A DNA stretch of 64,000 nt from Tetramitus jugosus (GCA_937625935.1 OW569348.1:310001-374000); one strand, 5' to 3'. Positions 31,922 to 43,596 are shown, counted from the first letter of the stretch. A program made the numbers and translations. Notes: generated by a model not told the origin, from the sequence alone.

Positions 31922-33589
31922 ATGAAGGAATCAAGCAACACTAGCAACAACGAACAAGAACACAGAATCATCAATGTGAATATTGGAATACTCGGTCATG
32001 TTGACAGCGGGAAAACGTCACTATGTAAAGTATTGTCTACACAGGCATCCACTGCTGCATTTGATAAGAATCCTCAGTCTCAAGAGAGAGGCATCACACT
32101 CGACTTGGGATTTTCTGCTTTTTATGTCCCTGTTGATGAACAGATGAGAGGCCGACTCAAAGATACTCTGCACAATGTTGACACAGTTCAGTACACACTT
32201 GTGGATTGTCCCGGTCATGCCGGTCTAATTCGGACGATTATTGGAGGCGCACAAATTATTGATTTTATGGTGTTGGTGATTGATGCGATCAAGGGCGTTC
32301 AGACACAGACATCCGAATGTATTATTATTGGAGAATTGACCGCTCGTTATTTGATTGTTGTGTTGAACAAGGTAGATCTCATACCAGAGAATGTACGGGA
32401 GCAGAAAGTGAAAATGCTAAAGGAGAAGTTGACCAAGAATGTATTTTCGTCGACAAGGTTTAAATCACCACCGATCGTTGCGGTATCTACAGTGGAGAAG
32501 ATTGGTATTGAAGAGTTGGTAAGTCGGTTCAATGAGACACTGTCAATTGAGACAAGTAGAGCAACTTCGAGCACAGATCCATTCTTGTTTGCAATTGATC
32601 ACTGCTTTGCCATTAAGGGAAAGGGAACAGTTATGACGGGTACTGTGCTGAAAGGTTCAGTCAAAGTGAATCAAAATGTGGAAATTGCGAGCATTAAGGA
32701 GCAACGCAAAGTTAAATCAATTCAAATGTTTAAAAAACCAGTGAGTGAGGCGCAGGCTGGTGACAGAATAGGAATATTGGTCACTCAATTAGATAGTAGC
32801 AAGTTGGAGAGAGGATTCGCCTCTGATGTAGGTGTTGTTCGAACCATTGATTCAGTCATTGCCAAAGTCAGTAAGATTAGATTTTATAAGCGAGAGATAA
32901 AGAATAAGAGCAAGTTTCATGTGTCTGTTGGTCACGCTACTGTAATGGGTGTCATATCGTTATTCACCAACAACAGTCCAGTGTTTGATATCAACTCGGA
33001 CTACATGTATGTGGATCAACTACCGGACCACCAAGATGAGAATAAGACGAACAATCATTACTTTGCAAAAATTGAATTTGAGACCCCTATTGAATGTTAT
33101 AGTGACGCTGAGCTTATTGCCAGTAAATTGGACACAGATATCAATTTGAATACGTGCAGGCTGGCTTTGCATGGCAAAGTGATTCACATGTTTAGTAAAT
33201 CTGACTCCAAAATGTTAGATAACCTAAAAGTGTACAAAAATAAGGAGCGTGTTGCACAGATTGATAGAATAGTGGATGATTATAATCTAATTGGCAAGAA
33301 TCTACTAAAGAAGAAGAATGCGAGATTGGATCTTTACATTGGGAAGAAAATCCTTGTGACAATGGAAAAGGGAGAGAGTTCTTCAGATGATACGTCCGAC
33401 AATGAAGTCTCGCAAGGCATTCTCGAGGGCTCGTTTGGTTCGAGTGGCAAATTCAAGGTTCGTCTGAATCAGCCGCTTGTTCTCAAAGACAAGAAGAGAT
33501 TCAAAGGTCTTGGACTCAAGATCAAGTACAGTGTGAACATTTACGACAAGGACAGACGTTGGATTCAAAATGATTCATTCATAAAATAA
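31922..33589 (+). CDS. EEFSEC: Selenocysteine-specific elongation factor eEFSec
   Basis: NIGILGHVDSGKTSL, AAFDKNPQSQERGITLDLGFS, DCPGHAGLIRTIIGGAQIID, DHCFAIKGKG, CRLA and GSFGSSGKFKV. ATG at 31922. Confidence 0.95.
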   Translation: MKESSNTSNNEQEHRIINVNIGILGHVDSGKTSLCKVLSTQASTAAFDKNPQSQERGITLDLGFSAFYVPVDEQMRGRLKDTLHNVDTVQYTLVDCPGHAGLIRTIIGGAQIIDFMVLVIDAIKGVQTQTSECIIIGELTARYLIVVLNKVDLIPENVREQKVKMLKEKLTKNVFSSTRFKSPPIVAVSTVEKIGIEELVSRFNETLSIETSRATSSTDPFLFAIDHCFAIKGKGTVMTGTVLKGSVKVNQNVEIASIKEQRKVKSIQMFKKPVSEAQAGDRIGILVTQLDSSKLERGFASDVGVVRTIDSVIAKVSKIRFYKREIKNKSKFHVSVGHATVMGVISLFTNNSPVFDINSDYMYVDQLPDHQDENKTNNHYFAKIEFETPIECYSDAELIASKLDTDINLNTCRLALHGKVIHMFSKSDSKMLDNLKVYKNKERVAQIDRIVDDYNLIGKNLLKKKNARLDLYIGKKILVTMEKGESSSDDTSDNEVSQGILEGSFGSSGKFKVRLNQPLVLKDKKRFKGLGLKIKYSVNIYDKDRRWIQNDSFIK

Positions 33590-33917
33590 GCGGTGGGTGA
33601 CGATTCTTCCGTAGTTGCAACGTTGAATCATTCATTTTTAGCTTACATATATGACAGGTGATTTGATGTTGTAAACACAATTTTTTGTCAACTTTGATCA
33701 AGCGCGGGGAAATGTTGGCCGTCAAATTCAGTCGGTCAATTAAATCCACGACTCGCTGCAAGTTTTTTTTCGTAGGTGACCGCTCTCGACAAGCTTTCAA
33801 TCACGACAAGGGAGTCACGCATCCTCATCAGCAAGAGAATCACTCCTACGACAAAAAAAAACCAACAAAAAGCTTTTTTTCATCATCAAAACACCACCAC
33901 ACATACACACGAAAAAC

Positions 33918-35475
33918 ATGTCCAGAAGTGCAGCACGTAGCAATCCAGTTGTTGTGATCGACAACGGTACTGGTTTCACCAAGATGGGTTACTCTGGTAA
34001 TTTGGAACCAAGTTTCATCATTCCAACAACCATTTCTACAAACACCACCCCTCAATCTCAGGGTTTGGAAGAGTTGGACTTTTACATTGGCCACGAAGCT
34101 ATTCAAAGAGCCACTGCTGGAGGATCCTATCAAATCAACTACCCAATGAAGCACGGTCTCGTTGATAACTGGAACAATATGGAAAAGTACTGGGAACAAT
34201 GTTTGTTCAAGTACATGAGATGTGAACCAGAAGATCACTTTGTTTTGTTGGTATGTACCTATCATGCACTCACTTTTATTGTCAATGAACATGTGGTGGT
34301 AAAAAAATTCAAACAAGTGTGATCACACAATGGAACACGGAACGATCTACACTCTACCATCATCACATACGCTTCCCAACAATGGATCAGCACAGCCAAA
34401 CACAAAAGCCTGGGGTTGCTCATGTGAGATCACACTTTTGTTCTCTTTTTTACCACCAATTGTTTCTCTTTTTTTCTTGAAGAAAAAACTCCTGATCAGA
34501 CGACTAACCAACAACAATCATCCATGATACTTTTAGACTGAACCTCCACTGAATCCACCAGAGAACAGAGAATACACTGCTGAAGTTATGTTTGAAACAT
34601 TTAACGTTGCTGGTTTGTATATTGCTGTTCAAGCTGTTTTGGCTCTCTCTGCTTCATGGACCTCCAAGAAGGCCCGTGAGTTGCAATTGAACGGTTGCAT
34701 GACCGGTACTGTTATTGATTCTGGTGATGGTGTCACTCACGTTATCCCTGTTGCTGACGGTTATGTGATTGGTAGCTCCATCAAGCACATTCCATTGGCT
34801 GGTAGAGATATCACCAACTTTGTTCAACAATTTGTTCGTGATCGTGAGACTGGTATCCCTCCAGAGGACTCATTGCTCGTGGCTCAAAAGATTAAGGAGA
34901 AGTTCTGCTATGTTTCTCCTGATATTGCCAAGGAATTCTCAAAGTATGACGCCAACCCAAGAAAGTACGTTGAGGAGTACAAGCAAAACCACAGAAGAAC
35001 TGGTCAAGAATGGAAGATTGATGTAGCATATGAGAAGTTCTTGGGTCCAGAAATTTTCTTCAACCCTGAAATCTTCAGTTCTGATTTCACTACTCCACTC
35101 CCTGATGTTGTTGACGCTGTCATTCAGAGTTGCCCAATTGATACCCGTCGTCCATTGTACAAGAACATTGTCTTGTCCGGAGGTAGCACCATGTTCAGCA
35201 ACTTTGGTAAGAGATTGGAGAGAGATATCAAGAGAAGAGTTGACGAGCGTTTGACGAAGAGCGCCCAATTGAGCTCCTCTGGTGTCAAGCCAACTCCAAT
35301 TGATGTCAACGTCATCAGTCATCCAACTCAGAGATATGCTGTCTGGTTCGGTGGTTCCATGCTTGGTACTATGCCTGACTTCTTCAGTGTCTGCCACACT
35401 AAGGCTGAATACGATGAGCAAGGTCCATCCATTGCTCGTCACTCAAGAGTGTTCGGTGGTCTCATGAACTTGTAA
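33918..35475 (+). CDS. ARP3: Actin-related protein 3, 2 exons; intron 34251-34536
   Basis: [57 protein letters not shown] and [10 protein letters not shown]. Confidence 0.97.
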
Positions 35476-35850
35476 ACAAGCACGCAGCACCTACAGAATA
35501 ATCTGTGCGTGTGTGAGCTTGTCTGTTTGCAAGCAAACACATGCAACAACACTGTCTTGTTCATGCTCCAATTGTATTTCTTGAAGTTTTGACATGTATA
35601 TTGATTAATGATTGGCTTTTGGCACAACATTACCCCTTGATGAAGTAACTTATATAAAGAAACAAACCATTTCTTCAATCAAAAAACATACTAGAACAAA
35701 TTTGTTGTAGAAGTTGCCTGACACCACGAAAGAATCTTCGAGTTCACATTGATCGGACCAGAAAATCGCCGGGAATTTCACGTGGGGAGAAATACCAAAA
35801 TTCTACAACAACCGAACACCAGAACAACAAAACACAAACAACTTTTAAGA

Positions 35851-36905
35851 ATGAGCGAAACGAGTGCCCCAACCAAGAAGCCAGTATTGAGCGATCTCCA
35901 AGATGAGAATGAAGACTATGAAATTGTCATTGATGAGACAACAGGTGAAAGAATGGGTCTCATTACACTCCAGGGTCAATTAATGAGAGTACCATTGGAT
36001 CGTCCAGTCAGAGTCTACGCTGACGGTATCTATGATTGCTTTCACTTTGGTCACGTATGTCCTATTTCAACTCTTTATATCGATAGCTATATTCTCTCAT
36101 CTGCTATTGTCTGCAAGTTGTTGTTGTTTGTTGATTGATGCTCACACACCAATTGATGGTTGCGATCATGTCTCTTTTTTTTTCACTCTCTTACTGGTAG
36201 GCTCGTTCGTTGAAACAAGCCAAGAACTTGTTTTATAATACGGAGCTCGTGGTTGGTTGCTGTGGCGATGAAGTAACACACAGACTCAAGGGAAAAACAG
36301 TCATGAATGAACAGGAGAGATACGAGTGTGTGAGACATTGCAAGTGGGCAGATGAAGTGTTGGAGGACGCACCTTGGATCGTCACTACAGAGTACATGGC
36401 CAAGCACAGGATTGATTTTGTGTCTCATGGAGAAGATTTGTCCGTGGATGAGTTTGGAAACGATGTGTATCAGCACATTAAGGACATGAAAAAATTTTTG
36501 ACCATCAAGAGAACAGACGGAATTTCTACCACGGATTTGATTATGAGAATTGTCAAGGATTATGACAAGTATGTGAGAAGAAATTTGTCCAGGGGTTATA
36601 GCAGACATGATATGAACGTTGGTCTGATCAAGGCTCAACAGATTAAGATTGCTCAAAAGTGGGACCAATATGTCAACAAGTGGAAGAATGTTTCCGACAA
36701 GCTTCTGATGAACTTTACAAAGGTGTTTACGAATCCAAAGAGTGAAGAAGAGCTCTTGACGTTGGCTGATTTTGAATCGGGCATTTCTTCGCCATCAGAA
36801 GACACGGAAGAACTGGAAGATGAAAAGCAAGTCGTTACTGTGAGTCCAGTGCCTGTCATGTTGTTCGCAGCTGTGACTATTGCCATTCTCAAGTATGGAA
36901 AATGA
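35851..36905 (+). CDS. PCYT1: Choline-phosphate cytidylyltransferase, 2 exons; intron 36055-36200
   Basis: RPVRVYADGIYDCFHFGH|ARSLKQAK, HCKWADEV, RTDGISTTDLI and YVRRNLSRGY. Confidence 0.92.
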
Positions 36906-37053
36906 AACTTTTGATTCAGGGCATGAGAACTTTAACCACAAGACCAATAAAAAGATGTCTGTTTGTACATTGTATTATTCACCACACCACATTTGTATTT
37001 ACATTCCGTTGCATTTTGAAAAAATTACTTTGTCAAATTTTCCCTCCAAGAAC

Positions 37054-37314
37054 TTAGTCCTGTTCGATTCCATTTTCTTTCTTGAATTGTTGCCACTGTT
37101 TCAAAAACTCTGGATCCGTTATATCATCATCCGTCGATGGTTCAAATCCATTGGCTACTCTTCGTTCATTCATGCGCAAGCGATCATAAAAAATGGCATC
37201 TCTCTTTCGCTTCAAAGTCGCAGCTTCATTTCGAAGAATAATGGTGGAGAGATAGAATCCACCAATGGTAATTCCTGTTGTCAGACCATAGAAAATTAAT
37301 TCCTTCTTTCTCAT
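37054..37314 (-). CDS. Small single-TM hypothetical protein (weakly Pet117-like)
   Basis: N-terminal TM segment followed by a charged helix (EAATLKRKRDAIFYDRLRMNERR). The family assignment is tentative. Confidence 0.5.
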   Translation of the reverse strand: MRKKELIFYGLTTGITIGGFYLSTIILRNEAATLKRKRDAIFYDRLRMNERRVANGFEPSTDDDITDPEFLKQWQQFKKENGIEQD

Positions 37315-37421
37315 AATACTCAATGATGATGGTGATTGTTGTTTGTTGCCACTTTATTTTTCTTTCACAAAGTTTTTCCGGCCGAGTGAGTTCCATGCAG
37401 AATACAATCACTAGGAGGATC

Positions 37422-38654
37422 TTATAGGGTGCATCCAAATAATTGTCTCATGTATTCTCTGACATTTAGATAACATCCATTCATCTTTAGGTGATCATTC
37501 TCTTGTTGAGCTTCTTCCAATAGGCGATACTGTTCTCTCCAGAGTTCCATGGTTTCACTCGAGTGACCATTCATCAAATGTGTCATGACACATCGAATCA
37601 AAACCAAGTAATAATATAAACATCTCCAGATTGAAACACTGTTGTTTGTCTTTATCATTGCATGATTCATTAGTTCTCTCCACTTTTCAACCAAAAGCTT
37701 TCCAACCAGTTCAAGATTGAACAACAAGGGAGCTCGGTCAATCATTGTAACCAATCGAAAAGTATAGAATTGAACCATATCGATCCATTGAGCGATACTT
37801 GACAAGTTGTTTTGTGGACAACAGAGAAACAGTGAAAGATACGGTTGTTGAATCATGTTTTGAATCGTGTATTGCTGCACTGTTGTTTGAAACAATTGTT
37901 TTCTCATCATGTTTAAATCTTGTTCAACACTTCTATTATCAACGCCACGAGAAAATACTTGAGATATGGTACTAGCATAGACTATCAATGTTCTATAGTA
38001 TGGGACATTATTTTGGTTGTCAGTGTTGTTGCTATTGTTGTTATTGTTATTGTTGCTATTGTTGTTGTTGTGAATAGGTTCTTGAATGAACATTTGTTGA
38101 ATAATGTGCTTAATGATACTGTTGATGTGCGTTTCTAGCTCAGTGTTCCAACAAAATTGTTCACTGTTGATAACCATATTATCATTGGTTAGCTGATGAG
38201 GATTCTGCTGTTGTTGTTGTCGTTGTTGTATTATTGTTAAATATTGGTTCAAGTAAGCAAAACTCTTTTGAATAAAGTAGCGTTCAGGAATTGTATGGGA
38301 TGAAGTATTGGAGTAGTAGTAGTAGTGAACATGGTCATTGTTGTTTTTGAACAATTGTTGAACATGACTTGACTGTGAAAATGGTTGTTGTTTTTGAGAA
38401 GGGATGGATGAGTTTGTGAGAGTTGTTGGCATATCATCATTTGTATTGGCGATTTGTGAATTTTCAGTGTTGGTTATTGTATCGTTCTCAGTTGTAGTAG
38501 TAGTTGTAGTAGTTGAGGTGATTGAAACAGATTTAGCTCTTTTGGAGGGTTTAGGGTTGGTAGAGCTGGAAGCTTCCTTCTTTGACTTTTTAGAGCTACG
38601 AGAAGAAGTTGATGAGGATGATTTTCTCTTTGATTTTTTAAGAGATGATTCCAT
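37422..38654 (-). CDS. Hypothetical protein with K/S-rich N-terminus (likely nuclear)
   Basis: 410-aa ORF with basic NLS-like clusters and N/Q tracts. Confidence 0.65.
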   Translation of the reverse strand: MESSLKKSKRKSSSSTSSRSSKKSKKEASSSTNPKPSKRAKSVSITSTTTTTTTTENDTITNTENSQIANTNDDMPTTLTNSSIPSQKQQPFSQSSHVQQLFKNNNDHVHYYYYSNTSSHTIPERYFIQKSFAYLNQYLTIIQQRQQQQQNPHQLTNDNMVINSEQFCWNTELETHINSIIKHIIQQMFIQEPIHNNNNSNNNNNNNSNNTDNQNNVPYYRTLIVYASTISQVFSRGVDNRSVEQDLNMMRKQLFQTTVQQYTIQNMIQQPYLSLFLCCPQNNLSSIAQWIDMVQFYTFRLVTMIDRAPLLFNLELVGKLLVEKWRELMNHAMIKTNNSVSIWRCLYYYLVLIRCVMTHLMNGHSSETMELWREQYRLLEEAQQENDHLKMNGCYLNVREYMRQLFGCTL

Positions 38655-38713
38655 GGTGTTTTGTTTCTAGGAGTGAATGATTTTTTGTACATGAACTGTC
38701 AACTGCTGACGAC

Positions 38714-38725
38714 TTTGGCGCCAAA
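38714..38725. promoter_or_regulatory. Palindromic E2F-like site TTTGGCGCCAAA between divergent genes
   Basis: Perfect 12-bp palindrome in the 124-bp gap between the ATGs at 38654 (-) and 38779 (+). Confidence 0.5.
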
Positions 38726-38778
38726 TTGTGGAAGGGAGAACAACAGTTATGTCCAAGATAAAACTTTGAAATGAGACG

Positions 38779-39729
38779 ATGAAGGGAAAGAGAGTAGCAA
38801 CAGGTAGTAAATCAATGGGGAAGAAAGTTCTATCAAAGAGATTGTTTCATCTGGATTCCAAAGTAGACAAAAGGGCTCAAGAAGTTACAGACAGAGTGAT
38901 TGATTATCTCAATGACTCTGGAAAGAAAAAGTTGAAACTACCTGTTAATGAAAAGGAGCTTGAGAAGTTGATAGTGAAGAGCGGTGCATCTCATCTGGTG
39001 CCAAAGAAACGAGTGAAAATACGGGAGCACTCTGAGGTGCAAACGAGTTTTCAGTCGATGAATGGTAGATTGAGCGAGTTACAACAGAAGGGTACTTCCA
39101 AAAGCTCACGAGTGACTCCTCAATTGAATCGAAAGAATCGTCCTTTTGGGAATTTAAAGGATTGTAATTTCATTCAAAGTGAACTGGAAGAGTCATGTGA
39201 CTATCGAGCCGAAGAAGTAATTGTTGTTAGCCGATCGAAAGACAAGAGAGAGGATATCTCGTATCATAAGGAGAGAAGGAGACAAAAGCGAAACGCCAGG
39301 GATGAAGAGATTAATACAAGCGTCGAGAGTTCGAAGGTAATGCTCTCGAATACTGAGCCAAGCTCTAAAAGCGAGATAGAAAAGCATGGGAAGATTAGTA
39401 TAGCTACAAAAAAGGCAATTGACATGGATCGCTATCATGACCTTAGTAACACTGATACTGAAGCTCCTTCTAACGTTGTTTTAGAGCAACAATCTAGTAT
39501 CGACTTTGAGAAACTGTATTTGGAGGATTGGATTAACAAGTACCAACGACCTCATCCTTCACAGAGTGCCAAGCAAGTTTCTTCCACAGAAGTCATGAAG
39601 CTGTACTTGTTTCAACGCTCTGGGAATGCGGAGTTACTCGACAAGCTTCTTCAGTTCGAATCGGGCCGACGAAGAAGTTTATCCAACATCTTGGGCAATG
39701 CCATCTTGGACCTCAGAAGAGTTGCTTAG
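38779..39729 (+). CDS. Hypothetical basic protein
   Basis: 316-aa K/R/E/S-rich ORF; no recognised domain. Confidence 0.65.
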   Translation: MKGKRVATGSKSMGKKVLSKRLFHLDSKVDKRAQEVTDRVIDYLNDSGKKKLKLPVNEKELEKLIVKSGASHLVPKKRVKIREHSEVQTSFQSMNGRLSELQQKGTSKSSRVTPQLNRKNRPFGNLKDCNFIQSELEESCDYRAEEVIVVSRSKDKREDISYHKERRRQKRNARDEEINTSVESSKVMLSNTEPSSKSEIEKHGKISIATKKAIDMDRYHDLSNTDTEAPSNVVLEQQSSIDFEKLYLEDWINKYQRPHPSQSAKQVSSTEVMKLYLFQRSGNAELLDKLLQFESGRRRSLSNILGNAILDLRRVA

Positions 39730-39873
39730 GACAATTAATCCCGCGGGCATTCGGTTCCTATTTTTTACGATACTTGCAACAGGCCGCAAGATCTGGGGGA
39801 TTTGGCCAATCATTCAGCATGAGTATTTCAAGTGCAACAAGAATAGACAAAAAAGAGAACAAACAGACAGAAA

Positions 39874-40500
39874 ATGATCAGAAAAGCTGTTCGATCAACA
39901 AACACACTCGTGATGATTCATCAGAGGAAAAATATCCCAAGCCTCATTGGAAGAATGATCTCCACTCACAGTGTCAACAGAGAACAATCTTTGGGTCAAA
40001 CAGACAAATTCAAGCCACCTAATGACGAGCAATATCTCAGGTCATATGCTGTGAATGGATTTAGTAAAGACTCTCGCTCTGACATGATTATTTCTCATCC
40101 CAAGAATCCTGATGTGTCATTCAAGATTGAATTCAGTCAAACGAACAAGGACAAAATGCTGTCACCACTGCAGTATTCACTTGGATCATTGGCTGGTTGT
40201 GAGGTTGCTACATTGCGATTCTTAGCAAAGCAAATGGGTTTACATGTCGGATCTGTGGAGCACAAGAGAGTTGAAGGATGGTTGGATGTGAGAGGTTACG
40301 GAAAGGGAGATCCTACGATTCCATCCCATTTCCAGAGAGTAGAGATTGAGGCACTCGTTGAAACAGATGCCACCGACGAGCAACTCAAGTTGTTGAAGGA
40401 GAGGGTGGAGCATCAGTGTCCTATTCATTCCATGTTCAAGGCCAGTGGATGTCATGTCAATTCGACATGGATCTCAAAGACGCCTGCAAGTAATAAGTAA
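39874..40500 (+). CDS. OsmC/Ohr family protein, probable mitochondrial presequence
   Basis: SPLQYSLGSLAGCE and VEHQCPIH (two conserved Cys); basic N-terminal extension. Confidence 0.85.
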   Translation: MIRKAVRSTNTLVMIHQRKNIPSLIGRMISTHSVNREQSLGQTDKFKPPNDEQYLRSYAVNGFSKDSRSDMIISHPKNPDVSFKIEFSQTNKDKMLSPLQYSLGSLAGCEVATLRFLAKQMGLHVGSVEHKRVEGWLDVRGYGKGDPTIPSHFQRVEIEALVETDATDEQLKLLKERVEHQCPIHSMFKASGCHVNSTWISKTPASNK

Positions 40501-40521
40501 ATGTACAGGCAGACATAGTTT

Positions 40522-41439
40522 TTATGCATATCGAAATGTAATGTTCAATCGCTGTCCTTTCAGCTTCGAGGTTTTGGTCAAAGTATGTTTGAACAATTGT
40601 TGGGTTGTACCTTTCATGAGGACAAGTGACCCATGTCTCAGATCTTTGCTCACTACAATCTTATCATTGTCTATTCTTTTGAATTTGAAGTTTCGTTCTG
40701 CTCCCATAGATATCGAAGCGATTGGAGTCCCACGTGCCTCACGATCCGAATGCCAAGCAATATAGTCCTCACCAGCGTCATACCGGTTGATCAACGCAAA
40801 CTCAAAGCAATGTTTTTCATTGTGCTTTTGCCATAGATAGTCCTCTACTTGTTTCTTGAGTTGTAACATCTCTGGAATCCATTCATAAGTGGCTCTTGAA
40901 AAGTATTCTTGATGGAGCTTTGATCCTTTTGGTGCTCCAAAGAGAATTCCAGTCCGCGGACTTAGGACCTTCTTCCCACCGCTCAACGTCATCAAATGCT
41001 TTTGATAAGAGTACTGTGGAGAGAGCAGCTTGTAAAACAGATTTGTAGCATCACTGGATTTCATAAAATTAGCTACATATTCCACTTGTGCACCTGATTC
41101 ATCGATCCACAGCACTGAAGTTAACTTTCGATCTGGAACAACTGCATTTGTCGAGCTATTGTTACCTTCCTGGTCTGTTGTCAATTTTGAACTATCTTGA
41201 TGAACCATCACCTCTTCAGAAGAAGATGAATTGCTGCTACTGGGGTCATTGTTGCTTTGGATGTCATCCACAGCGTAGCTCTTGTTCTGGGTCTGCTCAA
41301 AACAACTCTTCTGTGGTTCGGGTTGACTTGGTGGTGGAGAGGGCAGTGTTTTGTTTCTCTTACTGGGAGGAGGAGTGTGACTGCTGCTGGACCATGTGAG
41401 AGTGCTTTGCTTCAAGTTGCGCTTCTTTTTGTTTTCCAT
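40522..41439 (-). CDS. AlkB-family (ALKBH2/3-like) 2OG-Fe(II) dioxygenase
   Basis: LINRY...IAWHSDRE, IASISMGAERNF, HGSLVLM, FKH and RLNITFR. Confidence 0.9.
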   Translation of the reverse strand: MENKKKRNLKQSTLTWSSSSHTPPPSKRNKTLPSPPPSQPEPQKSCFEQTQNKSYAVDDIQSNNDPSSSNSSSSEEVMVHQDSSKLTTDQEGNNSSTNAVVPDRKLTSVLWIDESGAQVEYVANFMKSSDATNLFYKLLSPQYSYQKHLMTLSGGKKVLSPRTGILFGAPKGSKLHQEYFSRATYEWIPEMLQLKKQVEDYLWQKHNEKHCFEFALINRYDAGEDYIAWHSDREARGTPIASISMGAERNFKFKRIDNDKIVVSKDLRHGSLVLMKGTTQQLFKHTLTKTSKLKGQRLNITFRYA

Positions 41440-41586
41440 TTTCTACTTCGATGAAATTCTGGAGTTTCGCCGGGCTAAATACAAAAATTTGCTCATTTTC
41501 TCCGAATTGTGACCAATTAGTGCTCGAAGGGACAGGTTGTCTTGAATGTAATGTGGTGGATGACTTTATTGAATAAGTGGGGATAT

Positions 41587-43596
41587 TTACATTGATTTTT
41601 GGTCTGTCTTGAACTTTACCATTTGGATCATCATTTCATTGACTGGGAGCGGAATTCTCAACTGAGCAGCTCTGTCAACGAATACAGAGCTGAGAGAATC
41701 GATTTCGGTACTCCCTTGCCCCGATTTGATATCAGATAGCATTGATGACTCGTTATTCGCAGTTTTCATTGCGGTATCCAATACTACCTTCAGCATTGAT
41801 TCATTGGTGAGTTCAGCGGGATCAAACTGTTCCCTTGCTCCCGGAGTGAGCTGAATGATAGTCATACATTCTTCAACAAGTTGAGTAGCAACACTCTTTA
41901 AATGATGATTTTGAGCAATCATACCATTGGTTACTCCAAACACCGCAGTGATTGGGTTGATCACTGAGTTAACAACCATCTTCTTCCAGTCAACTTGATC
42001 TCCCTGAGTATAGTTCACTTCAAATCGGTGTTCTTTCTGAATATCTGAGAATATCTGAGCAATGGGAGTGTTTTTCAACATGGTTGGGATTCTGATGTCA
42101 ATCTTTTCGTTTGTAACTCTGATGGTATTCGAACTCAATTTTGTCGAACCAGAGTAGAGAGAGGCCTGATACACTTCAGGCGATTGTCCATAATGCTTGA
42201 ACACCTGGTGAATTGTGTCACAGTTTCCTGATCCATTCTGTAATGACAGTACTCGTCTGACATTTGTCCCTGTTTCTTGAACAATCTTGGATAATGCACT
42301 AGATGTGGCATAGTTTTTCACTGTCACGATCATCAGATCAATTGTTCTAGGCAATTGATCCAACGAGTCCACGACATTTACTTCCGCAATTCTCTTTTCT
42401 CCATTGGGAAGTTCGGTAATGATCCCTTCCTTGGATATTCTGGACTCTGATCTTCCTGGAACTAGAATGACATTACTGTTCTTGCCTCTTGATTCGACTA
42501 ACGCTGCAGATATCATCATTCCTACAGCTCCAGACCCAACAACAACTATGTTACCGATAGGAGAAAGGTTTGCTTGCGAGGAGTTACTTTGTTGTTTGTG
42601 GATCCCATCTGTTCTCGTACTCTTTGGAGAGGAAGATTCTGGCTCAATAGTATTCAAAAATGATTGGTATGCCTGTTCTCCAATGACAAAGGTATTCTTG
42701 CCAATAACTGGAAACTGTTTGGTCTTGACATCAATTGAGTATCGCTGACATGCTTCACGCATTGGCTCATTCAATGACAGGTATTGCTTACAGAATTTTG
42801 GAGTAAAGTGTTGATACATGCCCAAAAGGTCATGATACACGAGTACTTGACCTGAGCAATAGCCAGATCCGATTCCAATGGTTGGGATCTGGAGAGAATC
42901 GGTAATGGTTTGGGCTATTCTTTGAGGAACACACTCAAGGACCAGCATTCCCGCACCAGCTTCTTGAATAGCGTGAGCGGCTTCCCATAGTTTGATTGCC
43001 TCTTTTGGAGTTTTTCCAACGACCTTGTAGGATCCCAGTTGATTAATGGCTTGCGGTGTGAGGCCGATGTGACCAATAACCGGAACACCTGCGGACACGA
43101 TGGATTTAATTTGGTTGGTCTTATCTGTACCTTCCAGCTTTACCGCTTGCATAGAGCCTTCCTTAACAAATTGGATTGCATTTCGAACAGCATCTTCATT
43201 GAATTCATAAGAGCCAAAGGGCATATCACCAATGAGAAAAGACCGAGTGGATCCTCTGGCTACAGCCTTGCAATGGTGAATCATGTCAGGCATCGTGACA
43301 GGAACCGTTGAGTCGTAGCCAAGAGCTGTCATGCCCAACGAATCCCCAACGAGAATCATGTCAACACCAGCTTGATCCACAGTGCTTCCTGAGTGGTAGT
43401 CTACTGCAGTCAACATGGATAGAGGTTCTTTCTTGTTGTACTTGTCGTACAAGTCAGATATGGTCAGCCTTCTTTGGTGTTGTTGGTCTGTTGCCGGACC
43501 TGGTTTGGAATGGACGGAATACAATCGGGTTGTATTCGCTTGGAACATATTTTTCCGATGGATTGTCGGAATTTTACGGGAGAGAATTCTTTGCAT
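41587..43596 (-). CDS. panB-panE: Bifunctional ketopantoate hydroxymethyltransferase (PanB) - ketopantoate reductase (PanE) fusion
   Basis: PanB: ILVGDSLGM, GDMPFGSY, VKLEG, GHIGLTPQ, PTIGIG, GQVLVYHDLLG. PanE: GSGAVG, VKNY, LQNG, WKKMVVNSVINP, SSMLSD, TEID. Confidence 0.92.
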   Translation of the reverse strand: MQRILSRKIPTIHRKNMFQANTTRLYSVHSKPGPATDQQHQRRLTISDLYDKYNKKEPLSMLTAVDYHSGSTVDQAGVDMILVGDSLGMTALGYDSTVPVTMPDMIHHCKAVARGSTRSFLIGDMPFGSYEFNEDAVRNAIQFVKEGSMQAVKLEGTDKTNQIKSIVSAGVPVIGHIGLTPQAINQLGSYKVVGKTPKEAIKLWEAAHAIQEAGAGMLVLECVPQRIAQTITDSLQIPTIGIGSGYCSGQVLVYHDLLGMYQHFTPKFCKQYLSLNEPMREACQRYSIDVKTKQFPVIGKNTFVIGEQAYQSFLNTIEPESSSPKSTRTDGIHKQQSNSSQANLSPIGNIVVVGSGAVGMMISAALVESRGKNSNVILVPGRSESRISKEGIITELPNGEKRIAEVNVVDSLDQLPRTIDLMIVTVKNYATSSALSKIVQETGTNVRRVLSLQNGSGNCDTIHQVFKHYGQSPEVYQASLYSGSTKLSSNTIRVTNEKIDIRIPTMLKNTPIAQIFSDIQKEHRFEVNYTQGDQVDWKKMVVNSVINPITAVFGVTNGMIAQNHHLKSVATQLVEECMTIIQLTPGAREQFDPAELTNESMLKVVLDTAMKTANNESSMLSDIKSGQGSTEIDSLSSVFVDRAAQLRIPLPVNEMMIQMVKFKTDQKSM

